From the human T2T-CHM13v2.0 reference genome, Homo sapiens: a stretch of 64,000 nt of DNA. The stretch lies in the NCBI RefSeq assembly GCF_009914755.1, contig NC_060933.1. The stretch is one strand, 5' to 3'. The notes beneath the pieces are model-generated. The model made no database searches, had not been told where the DNA came from, and was given only the letters and a program-made list of their open reading frames with translations. The position numbers and the translations under genes are program-made. Below are positions 11,597 through 27,845 of the stretch, piece after piece (positions within the stretch are counted from its first letter, which is position 1; each line of letters begins with the position of its first letter).

Positions 11597-12349
11597 AGGC
11601 CTTCACAGCTGAGTAGGAAAGGATCTTGGGATGGGTACCAGGGCAGGATCAAGGAAAGCCTGCAACTGCGCTGCCCTTCTCATCATCCATATGTGGTTTG
11701 CCCAGATAAAAGCAATATAGTAAGATCTATCAGGCATATTCAACGTGAGTTCTTTTTTCTAGCATCTTGTTGGTTGTTTGTGTTTTTCCCCAGAGAAGAG
11801 TGAGTGATGAGGTGGCCCTGGGACATGGTAGATGGTGCAGTTCACTGGGGAGACATCCTTGGCCCCACTCAGGGTCAATATGCGCCCCACACCGCTGGCT
11901 GCAACCCCACCCTGTCCTCTTCTGCTCAAAAGAGCATGCAAGGGACATTGCTAAGTGGCAATTTTGGTTGCAACCCAGTGTTCTGTTAATTATTCACAAA
12001 AGCTAGCTCTCTTTTTAATTACCAATTGTGTGTGCGTTGCGTGTGCGTCCCTTCCCCCTTCTCTGAGCACACCTGTATGATGAGGCATGTACTTCTTCCT
12101 GGTGGAGAAGAACTGCAGAGATGTCTCCCAGGTTGAGCCTGCAGCCTGGCCCGGTCACCAGCACAGCACGGTGACTTGACTGTCCTCCCTGGCTCCCTTC
12201 CCCACCCGTGGCAAGTGGCAACTTGCTTTCGCTCACACTGAACGTGGTCAACTTGCCTCCCTGTCACACTGTAGCACTTGAATAGGGCAATATTAGATTA
12301 TAGCAGAGGTTCTCAGACATTAGAGTGCTTAAAAATCACCTGGGAAGCA

Positions 12350-12644
<295 letters not shown>

Positions 12645-13776
12645 TCACCTAGGAAGCTGTTTAAAATTTACCCTTCTTGTCCGTATGCCCTATTTGCTGG
12701 GTCTGAGGTGGGCCCAGAACCCTGCTTTCCAGAAGGGAGCCTGAGGGTGGGGTGCCCTGAAGACCACACTCAGGAAGAACCGGACATGTGAGCTTTCATG
12801 AGCCAGAGTCCTGCCAAGAACTAGAATCTGCAGGTGGCTTTGGCCAGTCCCACTTAGAGGCAAGAAGACGTGAGGATAGTAGAGAACCTGGAAATCACGC
12901 AGTCCCCAGGATGAAAGTGGAACTCTCGGACCAGATCCTTATTCTCTTACTTTCGTGAGCCATTTCTGCCTACCTGTTGTCAGGGAGGCAGGAGGTTCAT
13001 TTTTCTCTCACATGGTGCCTGACATAATGACTTGCACGTGATAGATGCTCAACAAGCATATTGAATGAATCAATCAGTTAGATTGTAAATTAAATGCACC
13101 AGATGGGCTGGTTGTTTATTTATAACTACACAGTTAACATTTATATTAACATAATGTTAACACCAAAGCGTAATATCTGTTTTCTGTGTTAATTATGGCA
13201 AGGTGGGCATAGAGAAGAGATTTCTGAGTGTCTTTTGCAGAGCTTGAAAATGTCTATGTGTTGGTTGAGATAGATCAGCCTTTACTTGATGCACTTTCAA
13301 TCTTTTAAGTTCTGAAGGCACAGCAAGAGAATTTGGTGTTGAAGGTTTGGATAATGTTTTCAAGTATTTCAATATCCCTCTATTTCTAAACATTAGTAAA
13401 AATCATGCCTCATGCTACCATCCTTAGCTTCACTTTGTGTTTCTGAATTGTGTATCTCTATATACTAAGAAGTCCCCCATGTATGCCTGCAAATATGGGA
13501 GAGTCAACCGCTCAGCAGAATGTGCACAATGTAAGGCTGTGCCTTGGAGACCAGGCACCCTGTGCAGTGTGATGCACAGGCAGGCCTCAGGATGGCGCCG
13601 TGGAGGGCAAGTGATACCTACTGACGAAGCCAGTGGAGTGGATGCAAGGCCAACTCAGGCCCTGCAGCTGGGGTTCTGTTCCTCAGTGTTGAGGCCACAG
13701 GTCTGTGTCCACATGTTTTCTTTTGTACAGTGGGATTCTGCCGCACAAGGCAGTGCCCCCAGCCCTTTGCAGATGA

Positions 13777-14225
<449 letters not shown>

Positions 14226-14928
14226 TCCTCTTTCTTATGAAAATTAACCCACAGATGAAGTTTCCTTTCACCCAAGTCTTGACAATTTTCTCAGCTTCAA
14301 GCTGCAGAGGAAATTCCTAGGCACATCTTAACAGGGCTGCTTTGCATTGAGGGGGCTGTGTGGTTTGAGCGTGATAAGCCTGGATATCTTTCTGCACTAT
14401 GCTGATTTTTGTTCCCTTAAATGGTATGGATTTGGCAACAATTGTTTGCAGGTGATCTTTTCCCAGAGAACCACTTATTTCCCCCACTGTCTCTGTATGA
14501 TAGGAGGGCTCTAATGGCCCAGGGATGTGAAAGTGAGACACCTTCAATCGCTAAGGACTGCTGGAAATGTGAACTACAGGAAGTTGAGGGGGCTGGAGGG
14601 GAGGAGGCAGCACCTGCCGGAGCCATGCTTCAGTGGGTCTCAAGAAAAGCAGAAGCCTGGAATCTCAGGGCTGAGGCCCCTTGATAACTAGGACAGATGG
14701 GTTAATAAAAAGGGATACAGAGACATAGGCTACCTCTTCTGGTTCAATGCCAAGCTAGAAAATCCTGAAATGAACACAGATTTATGAGATAGGAGTAATA
14801 TATTTAAGAACACAGTCTTACATAGAGATAACTATTTTCCCAAAACATCCAAGGTAAATTTATATATCTTTATGGATGAGGTTGGGTCTTTTCAGGGAAG
14901 GTTGGGGAGACGGAAGGGAAATTACTTA

Positions 14929-15572
14929 TTATCAGTCCTCATGATTCATGGATTCCATATCTCCGCATTCATCTATTCATTTAAATCTGTTTGCAACCCC
15001 AAAATCAATACTCACAGCACTTTTGCAGTCATTTGTGACGTGCACAAAGCAGTGAAAAATTTAAGTCACCCAACACATACGTTGAGGTCGCACAAGGTGA
15101 CACTCTGCTTTCTTGTTTTAGCTCTTATAAACACATTTTCTTTTCTCTTGGCCCATTTAGTCCATGGTTTTTGCATTTTTGTGCTTTTCTGGGGTGATTT
15201 TGCTATTTAAAAATGGCCCCAAACACAATGCTAAAGTACTTACTGTCTGGTGTCTCTAAGTGCAAGAAGGTTGTGATGTGCTTTACAGAGAAAATACGTG
15301 TGTTAGGGAAGCTACTTTCAGGCATGAGTTATTGTGCTGTTGACCATGAGTTCAAGGTTAATGAATCAACAATATATATGAAATAAATATCTTTAAATAG
15401 AAATACACATAAAACAAGGTTCTGTATTGATTGATTGACAAAAAAGTTGTAACCAGAGGATCACAAAAACCTAACACCATATTTCCCCAGGAGCAACTGT
15501 TCAGGATTTGCAAATTCAGCTTTCATGGTGATTTTATAGAGCATAACTATTGTGAATAACAAGAAGCAACTG
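14929..15572 (+). mobile_element. MER82 (TcMar-Tigger), near full length
   Basis: Ends gaataacaagaagcaactg-TA; colinear with the split copy at 2577-5481. Confidence 0.8.
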
Positions 15573-16093
15573 TATTTTGTTTCATGCATAAGATGGAAAG
15601 AGAACAGAACCAGAAGTATGATATCGATGAAATGGAGAGAGGAGAAAGAAAAGAAAGAAATGACACTATGAAGATTTATTAGTTAAAATGTTACTAGTGA
15701 TAATAAATTAATCAGAACTTTGGCCTCTGCCTTTGATCCTGGTTCCCATAATCTCTAAGTGCCAGGCTCAGATAATGTGGCCCTTGCAGGGTTTGGGCAG
15801 CTAGTCCTCTAACCATTTTCTACAGGTAAACGTGGACATGAAAGAAGCCAGGGTGAGGCAGGCAGCTTCCAGAAGCACACACTGGGCTCAGCTCCTTCCT
15901 TCCTAACCTCTATTTTAGCTCCACGTACCTCTTCAATACCAGAAAGTCTTCTTCTGATTCTGCCAGAGCCCAGCTCCTAGAACCTAGCTCATACACTCAC
16001 CAGCCTTTTTTGTCAACAATTCATTCAAATATTTATTTACTTAAATATCCATTAAGCACTGTTGCTTCTCTCGCCCAACTCCATTGCACATGC

Positions 16094-16589
16094 TATATCA
16101 GTTATCTGTTGCTACATAACAGATCACTCTAAACTTAGTGGTTTAAAACAACAATAATTACTTATTATTGCTCATAATTTCTGTGGGCCAAGCATTTGAG
16201 ATAGCTGGGTAGGCTCAGGCCCTCTGTAGGGTTGTAGTCAGGTGTGGGCCAGGGCTACAGTCTCATCTGAAGGCTTGATAGAGGCTGGAAGATACTATTC
16301 CAAGGTGGCTGCTCATACGGCTGGTCACTTACTGCTGGCTATTGGCTAGAGGCCTCAGTTCCTTACCACATGAGCCTCCCCAAAGAGCTACTTGAGCATC
16401 TTTCCAATGAGGCATCTGGTTTCCCCAGAGTGAGCAATCCAAAAGCTGAGGAAAAGTGTTAAGGGCTTTCATGAGCTAGCTTCAGAGACCCAACATTGTC
16501 ACTCTGCAGTCAGCCACTCTGTGTGCAAGGGATGGGAGTACCAGGAAGTGAGGATCACTGGGCACCATCTTGGAGGCTGCCTGCCATGT
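16094..16589 (-). mobile_element. MLT1-family MaLR solo LTR
   Basis: atcagttatctgttgctacataaca...aacttagtggtttaaaacaaca...catctgaaggcttga...ccatcttggaggctgcctgcca. Confidence 0.8.
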
Positions 16590-17983
16590 ATACATTTTAA
16601 CTCTCAAACAAAATTTGAAGACTGAAGACCCATACTTAAAGTAGCCTCTGTTCCAGGCAGTAGAGAACAAAATGTAAACGTACTTACACTAATGGAGTGT
16701 CTATTCTAGTGGCTTTGGGGAATATAGACAAAAAAACAGAACTAAAACTCTAAGGTGGGACAGGGAGCTGGGAGTGTTAGTGTCAGGTGGGCCTATAGAG
16801 CTCAGCCCCCCTTCATCATGTTGGCATTCATGCTGGCTGTTCCTCTGTAGGGGATGAAATTTTCCTCTGCCAGAAGAATGGGCTCTGGACAGCTTGTTCA
16901 GCTGCTTGCTCAGGTGTGAGCATCTGTGCCTAATCTTCCAGTCAGACTGCCCTAGAAACATCATTTCTTAATTAGCTGAAAGGGTATCTGAAACATTGTA
17001 CTTATGGTGGCAAGCATGGATCTATTGCTCTTCATCTATAAAGTTGCTGCCTGATAAGGTAGAACTACACAAATGATAGTTTCCCAACTAAATGCATTTT
17101 AAAGGGCAAAGGTTGTATAGTCAGCTTTAGTCCTGGCATAGGGGAAATGGACTATGGAAGTCTAGTTGGAAGAGAAGATTGAAACATGCCAGTAAGTGCA
17201 AAAGGATACAGTATAATTTAAATAAAACACATGGAAGACATGAGGATGCTAGTGGGATATGATGGGCTCATCCATTTCTGCAGGCTCCAGGAGGGTGGCT
17301 GGCAGGGCTTCTTTGGTGTGGGGCAGAAAGAATCAAAGCCTGTAGAATAAATCTGACTCCGTTCTAGATTTAACTCCTCATGGTGTATCACGTGCAAGGT
17401 GAAGCCTGACTGGCACTAGGGAGGATTTTGAGGTAAGGAAGCATTGTCTTTGGTTCAGTCCAAGCCCTCACTGACTTTCCACCATCTTCAGGTGGGGGTG
17501 GGCATGTCCGTCTGTCTCCCAGCCTCATGCACACACATGTGTGCACACACATGCACACACATGCATGCCTTCTTATGAAGTGTGGGTCTGGCTGCCCGTG
17601 CTTTTTTCTTCATCTCACCATGACTTATCCTTCCCTCTTCTATTCAAAGTTCCCACTTGAGAGGGTCCAGTTGCCCTGGGCACCCCTCCACACTCCCCAC
17701 TCATGACTGAAATTAGTTACAGTGGCTTTGGTATACTGTCATCCCCTTTCACCAGTGAAGAACTCTATTGCTATAGTGCCCAGGTCACACAAAGCTGGGC
17801 CGGGTCGCCAGCGTTCCCGATTCTCACCTCTGTGTCCCTGGGTTTCCTGCTCTCTGGCCCAGTGGAACCACCTCCACGGGGTACCATTCCTTTCCAGCCT
17901 TGTCTTTTGTTCATTGGCAATGATGTTAACAAATTAAATAGGGGAATATTTGTTCATCTAATTTATTGGTAAAAAGGCTAGAA

Positions 17984-18207
17984 CAAGCTTATCCAACCCA
18001 TGACCCATAGGCCACATGTGGTCCAGGATAGCTATGAATGTGGCCCAACTAAAATTTGTAAGCTTTCTTAGAACATTATGAGATTTCTTTCCCTTCTTTT
18101 CTGTAGTTCATCAGCTATCATTAGTATTAGTATATTTTATATGTGGCCCAAGACAATCCTTCTTTTATCAGTGTGGCCCAGGGAAGCCAAAAGATTGGAC
18201 ACCCCTG
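17984..18207 (-). mobile_element. MER30, full length
   Basis: Termini caagcttatccaa / ttggacacccctg; 8-bp TSD ggctagaa/ggctagag. Confidence 0.88.
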
Positions 18208-18258
18208 GGCTAGAGCAATAAAATGGGCACATCAGATTTGTGTCCACAACAGCTGACA

Positions 18259-18486
18259 CAGTGGTTTCCAGTCAGGGGTAAGTTACCCTTAGGGAACACT
18301 TGGCAATATCTGGAGACGATGTTTGGCTGTCATGATTGGGGAATGGGGTGCTACTGGCATCTAGTGGGGAGAGGCCAGGGATGCTGCTCAATAGTCTGTA
18401 CTAGATGAGACAGCCCCCGACCCTACACACATAACAGAGAAGGATCCAGCCCAAATGTCAAGAGTGCCAAGGTTGAGTAACCCCGA
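18259..18486 (+). mobile_element. MER20 (hAT-Charlie)
   Basis: ttggcaatatctggagac...gctactggcatctagtggggagaggccagggatgctgct...cccaaatgtcaagagtgccaaggttgag. Confidence 0.85.
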
Positions 18487-19191
18487 GCTAATGTGATGAA
18501 TGGTGCCAGATGGAAATGGGTGGGACCATCATAAGGAGGGGGAACAGGGTAAAGGCAACCATCTTAATTTGTAAATTGAGTGTGGGGGATGTGTTTTGAC
18601 CACATGCTTTTGAAAAGGGAAGCTGTTCATTCTCCAGAAGCCCAGCGGAGATGTTGGATGGATGGGGCCACCCATAGCTGCATTCATGGACAGCTGGACA
18701 CGGGCCCAGGAAATCTTGGCAGCGTCATTGGGGCCGGTGCACTTTTAAGAGGAGCTTGGGTGATATGAAATTGTTTGGACAAAATGAGTGAGAGGTCTTG
18801 AAATAATGTCAAGGCAGGAAGAATGCATTGACTTGGAGTGGCTGCCAAGAGCAAGCATTTGCAGGTTGTTTTGGGGAAGCAGAACTGGCTGTGTTCTCTT
18901 TGTCCTGTGCACAGTTGGAAGACGGGAAATGGAGGAGGAGAGATGGGGAAGGAGAGATGGGGAATCAGATAAGAAAGTGTTTTCCAACAGAAGCATCGGC
19001 ACACATTGGAGTGAGTTCCCTTCCCTTAAGAGGCCAGGAGCTTATGTAGGAACCAAGCTCCATGTGAAGCAGCCACAGGGCTGGAGCATCTCGCAGATTA
19101 GTTGCCAGGGTTCTCTGATTCTGGCCCTGTTAGCCTCCATCTGGACACACAGCAATTGCATGTTTAGCATTTTTATTACAAAAGCAACATA

Positions 19192-20537
<1,346 letters not shown>

Positions 20538-23500
20538 TATATTCACTGTGGAAATCCTAAAAAGCAAAGAGCAACATGTTTCCATCAAGCAGGATTTTGC
20601 CAGCCTCTGGTTAAACCCTGAAGCCTGAGCAAGGCAGTGAAATCTCCAGACCTTTGGGGCTCACATTTTAGGGAAAGGGCAGGTTTGTGTTGATGCTACA
20701 AAGGTAATAGATGCTTTTGAGAAGTTAACTATGTGCGGGGGTGGCCAAGGTAGGCCGAAGCAGCACCTGAGACTGGATCATCATGATGCAACTCTCTGAG
20801 TAAAGGCCTGAGAAGGAGGAAGCCAAGCAGGAGGCAGGAGAGGCCTCAACCTGGAGGCAGAAGCACAGTGTGGTGGAGATAGTGAGCAAGGTGAGGTTGC
20901 AGGTCTCGGGCCTGGTCAAGGAGAGCCTTGTGGAGGAGCAATGAAGATTTGCGATGTGATGTGGATGGAGAGGTTCCTTGTGAGCCTCACTCCACCTTCA
21001 GGGTAGGGAATTGTCAGTAAGGAAAGGAAGGACCAGGTGAGACTTCCAATACCTGAGAGATGGCGGTGGCTTCCACGAGGGCAGCCTCAGGAGCTATGGG
21101 GAGACATGATGGCTTGGGAATATATTTTAAAGAAAAGCTACTCAGAGGACCTGGAGACCAGCTCATCTAACCTGCTTCAAGATTCTCCATCCCTGTGACT
21201 GCATCAGATGGAGCTCAGCTCCTGCACAAGCTCATGGCTTCCCTGCATCAGTGTGAGTGGCCAATGCTTCTGGTAGAAAGCACATTCCTTTCTGACTTGG
21301 TGAGAGGGAAGACTCCTGAAAGCAGCCAGGGTCTCATCCTCAGCAACTGTGGTGCTCAATGTCATTTCCTCAATTAGGAGAGACTGAGGGAGGAAGAGAT
21401 TTGCTGAGGGAGTGGCAGGAGGAGTCAAAAGCCTCATCTGGAGTATGTGGAGGTCAACTTGTCTGTTACACATCCAAGGGGGGACGTCAGATAAGCAGAC
21501 ATGCAGATCAGGAGCTCAGTGGAGAGAAATAAATACCCATTAACCAACAAATATTTTTGATGACTTATTCTGCACTAGGAGCTGTTCCAGGCATGGTGAT
21601 ATGGCAGTGAACAAGGTCATCCTATTCTCACCTCCCAGAGCTGGCCCTCTGGTGGGAAGAACAAGACAATACTCAAATTCAACAGTGAATCATGATTTAA
21701 AGGGCTGCTGCCTTATGGAGATGTGCTGCAGAGAAAAATTAGGCAGGGAAGGGAGGTATGCGGCCCAGGACATTACAGAAGATTATTTCATGTCAAAAAA
21801 CATTTTTCTACAACTAAGTGCACATTTAACTTGTGTCACAAAAAAGGTCTCAAAAGAGCAAGGGATTTGCAGTGTTTTCAGGAGCTCACCAGACACCTGA
21901 AAACCCTCCTTGCTGAACCACTACCTGCCCAGGTGTTCACTGAGGTGCCAGACCCAGCAGGCTGAGGGGTACAGGTGGAGTTAAGGAGGAGCTAAGTGGC
22001 CTGGTTTGTTTCTCAGTTTCGTGCTTTGGAATGAAGTAGTGTCACACATGGAAAAAAATAACTGGGAATGTTGAATTAAGAAAAAATAGGGAGCAAGTTC
22101 TAAACACTATTTGGAAGAAAATGATCCCTGGGAATGCTAAAGAGAATTTGAGCCATGAGCTGTTCCTGTAGTCAGAGTTAAGCATTGTGAGTTGGCAAAA
22201 GCATCAGGCGGGAAGGACTGAGTCTGTGTGTGCAGGAGGAATGCCTGCAGGGGAAAGTCACGGGCTCCGTCCCTGTCTCAGTTGGTGGGGGTGGCAGAGA
22301 TGCCACAGCCGTGGCCAAGACTACGCTGGGTGAAAAGTGAGACTCTCTGGATTTGCCATACTGACTGAAAGCTGATATCTGAAAAGTGGAGCTGAGAACA
22401 GCAGCCTGGGCCACTGTGGGCAGTGTCTGGAATGGAGATGGCCATTTCCTGCCAAGGTGGCCTGAGAAAGAGGAGGTTGGAGACCAGGACAAGGCCCCGG
22501 GTGGGTGCCGGTGGGTGCCAGTCCTGAGAAGGTATGCACAGGAACACCATGGACATTGTTTATTCCCCCAATTAAGTAGCCCAAAAATGTGCCATAAGCT
22601 GTCCTTGCAGTGAACCAGTGATTCTGCCCAAACCATCACCACCAACATACCCAGGTCAACTCCGGCACAGGAAGTCACATGGCCAGAAAAGGGCCATCAG
22701 CCACATCGGTGCTGACACTGAGTGCAGCACATTCTTCTGCCACCTGCTTGCGAACATATCTGCAATGCACCATCAAAGCCACACAGAGTGTCCCTGGCGT
22801 GTGCCTGGAGGTTGCTCCGGGTCTGCAGATGCTCCCCAAGACCCGACCACAGCCTGTCTCACTTCCTTTCCATTCACTTCAATATGGGATTCATGCCCAA
22901 GTGCCAGCACCGATGTAATGATTAGTGACAAGCCAATGAATTTTTAAAATAGTAGCTATGTTAAGATTTATATGAATTAAAAAGTATTTGCTCTCATTTT
23001 ATTTAAAATTTTTTTCCTACAAAGTTACTGTCTCAGTTTGAGCTGATGGTGCAGTCTGCTGTTCTGCAACTACATAAAAAGTAACCTGGGCCCTGCAGAG
23101 GGGACACAAGCATCGGGGCCAGGTACACAGCGACAGGGGTATTTGAGCTGGGTCTGTAAGGATGACTGAGATGGCTGGGAGGAAGAGCTGCACGCCTCAG
23201 CAGAAAGCACACGTGGTGAGAACAAGAAGGGAAAGCCACAGCCTCCAGGTGCAGTCCAGTGTGGTCTGTGGACTGGGCATGTTGGAATAGGCAGGAAGGG
23301 CTGATGTGCGCTTTGAGGGAGGACCGGGCAGCTGGAGAGGGAGGCGTCAGGAAGCAGGAGGGCAGAAGGTGAGGAGTGAAGGGCAGCAGTGGAAAGGACA
23401 GGGTTACGCCAAGCAGTGGTCATGGATATGGGCAGTAAGGAACATGCACCAAGGGCGCCTGGAAAACGAACCTTAGAGAACGCAAGTCCTGCGGAGGACT

Positions 23501-23797
23501 CCTGGGTTCCTGGCTGGGACACCGCCTGGGCAGGGAAGGCAGAGAAGATGGAGAACCTGGTCTCAGGTGGCATCAGAACCCAGCATCCGCATCACCAGGA
23601 TTGCAGGAGCAGCAGCGTCTCAGGCCCTGGGTGTGTCAGAGCCCCCAGGCCACGTGGAAGTATGAGACGTGCTGGGCTGCAGGGGAAACAATGGAAATGA
23701 GGTTGGAGGCCCGAGAAGACCCACTGCAGGAAAAGGGTGGAGTGGGGGAAAAGCAGGCTGGGGGCAGTGGCTGGCCTGCAACAAAAGCATTGTAGAA

Positions 23798-23917
23798 TGC
23801 AGGCGTGAGCCACCGCGCCCGGCCAAGGCGGGCAGATCATGAGGTCAGGAGATCGCGACCATCCTGGCTAATGCGGTGAAACCCCGTCTCTTCTAAAAAA
23901 AAAAAAAAAAAAAAAAA
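23798..23917 (+). mobile_element. Rearranged AluY left monomer: 5' ~27 nt inverted, A23 tail at the linker
   Basis: gcaggcgtgagccaccgcgcccggcc (antisense Alu 5' end) fused to sense ggccaaggcgggcagatc...ccccgtctcttct-A23; flanks attgtagaa / actgtagaa. Confidence 0.9.
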
Positions 23918-24340
23918 CTGTAGAAAGGGGAAAGCAGTCCAAAGAGAAGTATTTCTTCCAAGAGACTCATCAGCACACTGTGTTTCCAGAGATGTCTTTC
24001 TGTTAACAGCATTCTTAGACTCAAAAGTAAATGTAGATATACTTTAAAAAACAAAAACACCTTGCTAAGAGATGAATTTTTAGAAACTTGTTGGACAAAG
24101 AAAAGTCATTGATAGTCAACTGCTGTGAGAGGCAAGCCAGGAAATGATGATTAATACCCTCAAATTATAATAAAACCCATGCCTCATTAGGGGCTCGCCC
24201 AGGAGTACTGACTTGTGGATAGACACCGTCTGGGGAAAACTCTGTCGCCTGTGTCAGGCTGACGCTCTTACATTTTATAGCCCCTTGTAGGATAGTGCAT
24301 GTTGAGAAGAAGCCGCTTCACATCATCGTGGTGCAGGATC

Positions 24341-26164
24341 TGTGGTGTGGTGTGCTTCATGTGTGTGTTTTGTGTGTGTAGTGTGTATGTAGTGTAGTGT
24401 TAGTTGTGTGTACTATGGTGTGTGTGTGGCATGTATGTAGTTTGTGTGTGGTGTGTGTGCAGTGTGTGTGATGTGTGTAGTGTGCATGTAGTGATGTGGT
24501 GTGGTTTGTGTGTGTTTTTATGTGTAGTGTGTAGTATGTGTGTTGCATGTAGTGTGTTGTGTGTCGTGTGTATGTAGTTTGTGTGTGTGGTGTGTTTGCA
24601 GTGTGTGTGGGTGTGTACTGTGTTATGTGTGTAATGTGTATGTAGTTTGTGTGCTGCACGTAGTGTGTTGTGTGTACTGTGTATGTAGTTTGTGTATACT
24701 GTGTGTAGTATGTGTGCAGTGTGTGTGTAGTTTGTGTATGACGTGTGCAGTGTGTGTAAGATGTGTGTAATGTGTTGTGTGTGTAGTGTGTATGTAGTTT
24801 GTATGTGGTATGTGTGCAGTGTGTGTGTTGTGTGTAGTGTGTTGTGTGTGTAGTGTGTATGTAGTTTGTGTGTGTGTGGTGTGCGTTTAGTGCATGTGTG
24901 GTATGTGTCCATATGTGTGGCATGCATGTAGTGGGCATGTAGTATGGGGGGTGTATGTGTGTGGTGTGTGTGTGATGTGTGTAGTGTGCATGTAGTTGTG
25001 TGGTGTGTTTCGTGTGTGTTTTGTGTGTGTAGTGTGTATGTAGTGTAGCATGTGTTTAGTATGGTGTGTGGTGTGTATGTAGTTTGTGTGTGATATGTGT
25101 GTAGTATGTGTGATGTGTGTAGTGTGTACTGTGTGTGGTGTGTATGTATTTTGTGTGTGTGGTGTATGTGATGTGTGTAGTACATGGTGTGTGTAGTGTG
25201 TTATGTGTGTAGTGTGTTGTATGTGGTGTGTATGTAGTTTGTGTGTTGTGTGCAGTGTGTTATGTGTGTAGTGTGTTGTGTGTGTAGTGTGTATGTAGTC
25301 TGTGGTGTGTGTGATGTGTGTAGTGTCCGTGTAGTACATGGTGTGTGTAGTGTGTGTGGTGTGTGTAGTGTGTTGTATGTGGAGTGTATGTAGTTTTTGT
25401 GTGTTGTGTGTGCAGTGTGTGATATGTGTAGTGTGTTGTGTGTGTGGTGTACGTGTAGTTGGTGTGTGTGATGTGTGTAGTGTCCATGTAGTACATGGTG
25501 TGTGTAGTGTGTGTAGTGTGTTGTATGTGGTATGTATGTAATTTGTGTTGTGTGTGCAGTGTGTGTTGTTTGTAGTGTGTTGTGTGTGTGGTGTGTATGT
25601 AGTTTGTGTGTGTGGTGTGTGTGTGATGTGCATAGTGTGCATGTAGTGCATGGTGTGTGTGTAGTGCAGCTGTGGCATGTGTTCGTAGTGTGTGTGGCAT
25701 GCATGTAGTGTCCATGTGGTATGGAGTGTGTGTGTGTGGTGTAGTGTATGTGATGTGTGTGGTGTGTGGTGTACCGTATGTGATGTGTGTAGTGCGCATG
25801 TAGTCATGTGGTGTGTTTCATGTGTGTTTTGTGTGTATGTAACGTAGAATTTGGTGTGTGCGGTGTGTTTCATGTGTGTGGTGTGTATGTAGTTTGTGTG
25901 TATGTGTATGTGTGTGGGGTAGTGTGTGTGATGTGTGTTGTGTGCATGCAGTGGTGTGTTTCATGTCTGTTTTGTGTGTGTAGCATGTATGTAGTGTAGC
26001 ATGTGATGTGTGTAGTGTGTTTCGTGTGTGTGGTGTGTATGTAGTTTGTGTGTTTGGTGTGTGTGATGTGCATAGTGTGCATGTAGTACATGGTGTGTGT
26101 GTAGTGCAGGTGTGGCATGTGTTCATAGTGTGTGTGGCGTGCATGTAGTGTGCATGTGGTATGG

Positions 26165-26205
<41 letters not shown>
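24341..26205. repeat. ~1.9-kb degenerate TG-rich tandem array ending in pure (GT)19
   Basis: Recurrent gtgtatgtagtttgtgtg, gtagtgtgttgtgtg, gtgatgtgtgtagtg modules. Confidence 0.97.
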
Positions 26206-26207
<2 letters not shown>

Positions 26208-27264
26208 CATGAGGGACATGCGCTTTGCTCCCTGGATAAATGGATGGAGTCATGTAGATAATTTTCCATTCACGACCAGCCCCTTTTGGTTAAAATGTGC
26301 CTCCTTGGATACTTTTGGGGCTGGCAATATGTATCCTTCTAGTTTACAACCATGATTGAGAGGGAATACTCTCCATGTTAAATATGCATTGGCTGCCTTT
26401 CTTTTTGCTTCTGAAATGTATTTATTTACTGCAAGCAGTGTCTCTCCTGTGTCAGATGTCCTCGTGGGCTGGGAACCGGCACTATCTCTTTAGCACGGGC
26501 CCTGCAGATGGGAAGTGGCGTTGCCCAGGAAGTGGTCTGGAGAAGCGGGGAGAAGACAGCCTATGGGCCCTAGGCCTCGGGAGCCGGGGAGGGTGTCACT
26601 CTTCATGTCTCAGGCAGTGGCTTGTTGCTATCATAGCCCCGGGCTGGAGGTGGGAAGGCCTTATGGTGACCACAAGTCACAGTTCCGTGTGGGCCCTCAA
26701 CGTGGCCTCACTTCACCTCTGGGGCTCAGCACCAGCGTGTGACTGACTGCTCGAGGCAGCGTCTCGCAGCTCAGGTGGGTGAGGTGGTGGTAGCGTCCTC
26801 CTTGGTAATATCACTGTGATGAGGAGCAAGGCTTCTCTAACATTGTCTGGACTCAGGAGGAGCAGTTGGTTTGTTCTCATGTAGATTCTGCCTCCTGTAT
26901 GCTGCTGGGACCCTGAGGGTCAGCCCAAGAGTCCTGTTTTGCAATAGCCCTTCTGTTTGCTTCTCTTTGCGGTATGTTTATTTTTAGAATTCTTTGTCTT
27001 TCCCCACTCCCCCCAAAAAAGAATTATTTAATTTGGTCACTTCCATCAAATGCTCTGATTTTAGCTTAGTTAGAAGGCATGCTGAAAACTGTAATGATGA
27101 TGTGAACAGAAAGACAACTGTGTGTTGGGAGGGCCAAAGAGGGAAGTGCCTTTGTTCAGAGATGGGAGGGTTTGTCTCCACTTTGAAAGGGTTTGAGTGG
27201 TTTTAGCAAACGTTCCCTGCCACGTGGGGTCCTCACCAAAGTTCTCTGTCTCTGTCTTGCCCAG

Positions 27265-27845
<581 letters not shown>

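Noticed and set aside
24357-26253. Long His/Thr-rich minus-strand ORFs (up to 328 aa) and Val/Cys-rich plus-strand ORFs
   Set aside because: Translation artefacts of the TG/CA array; open in several frames at once.
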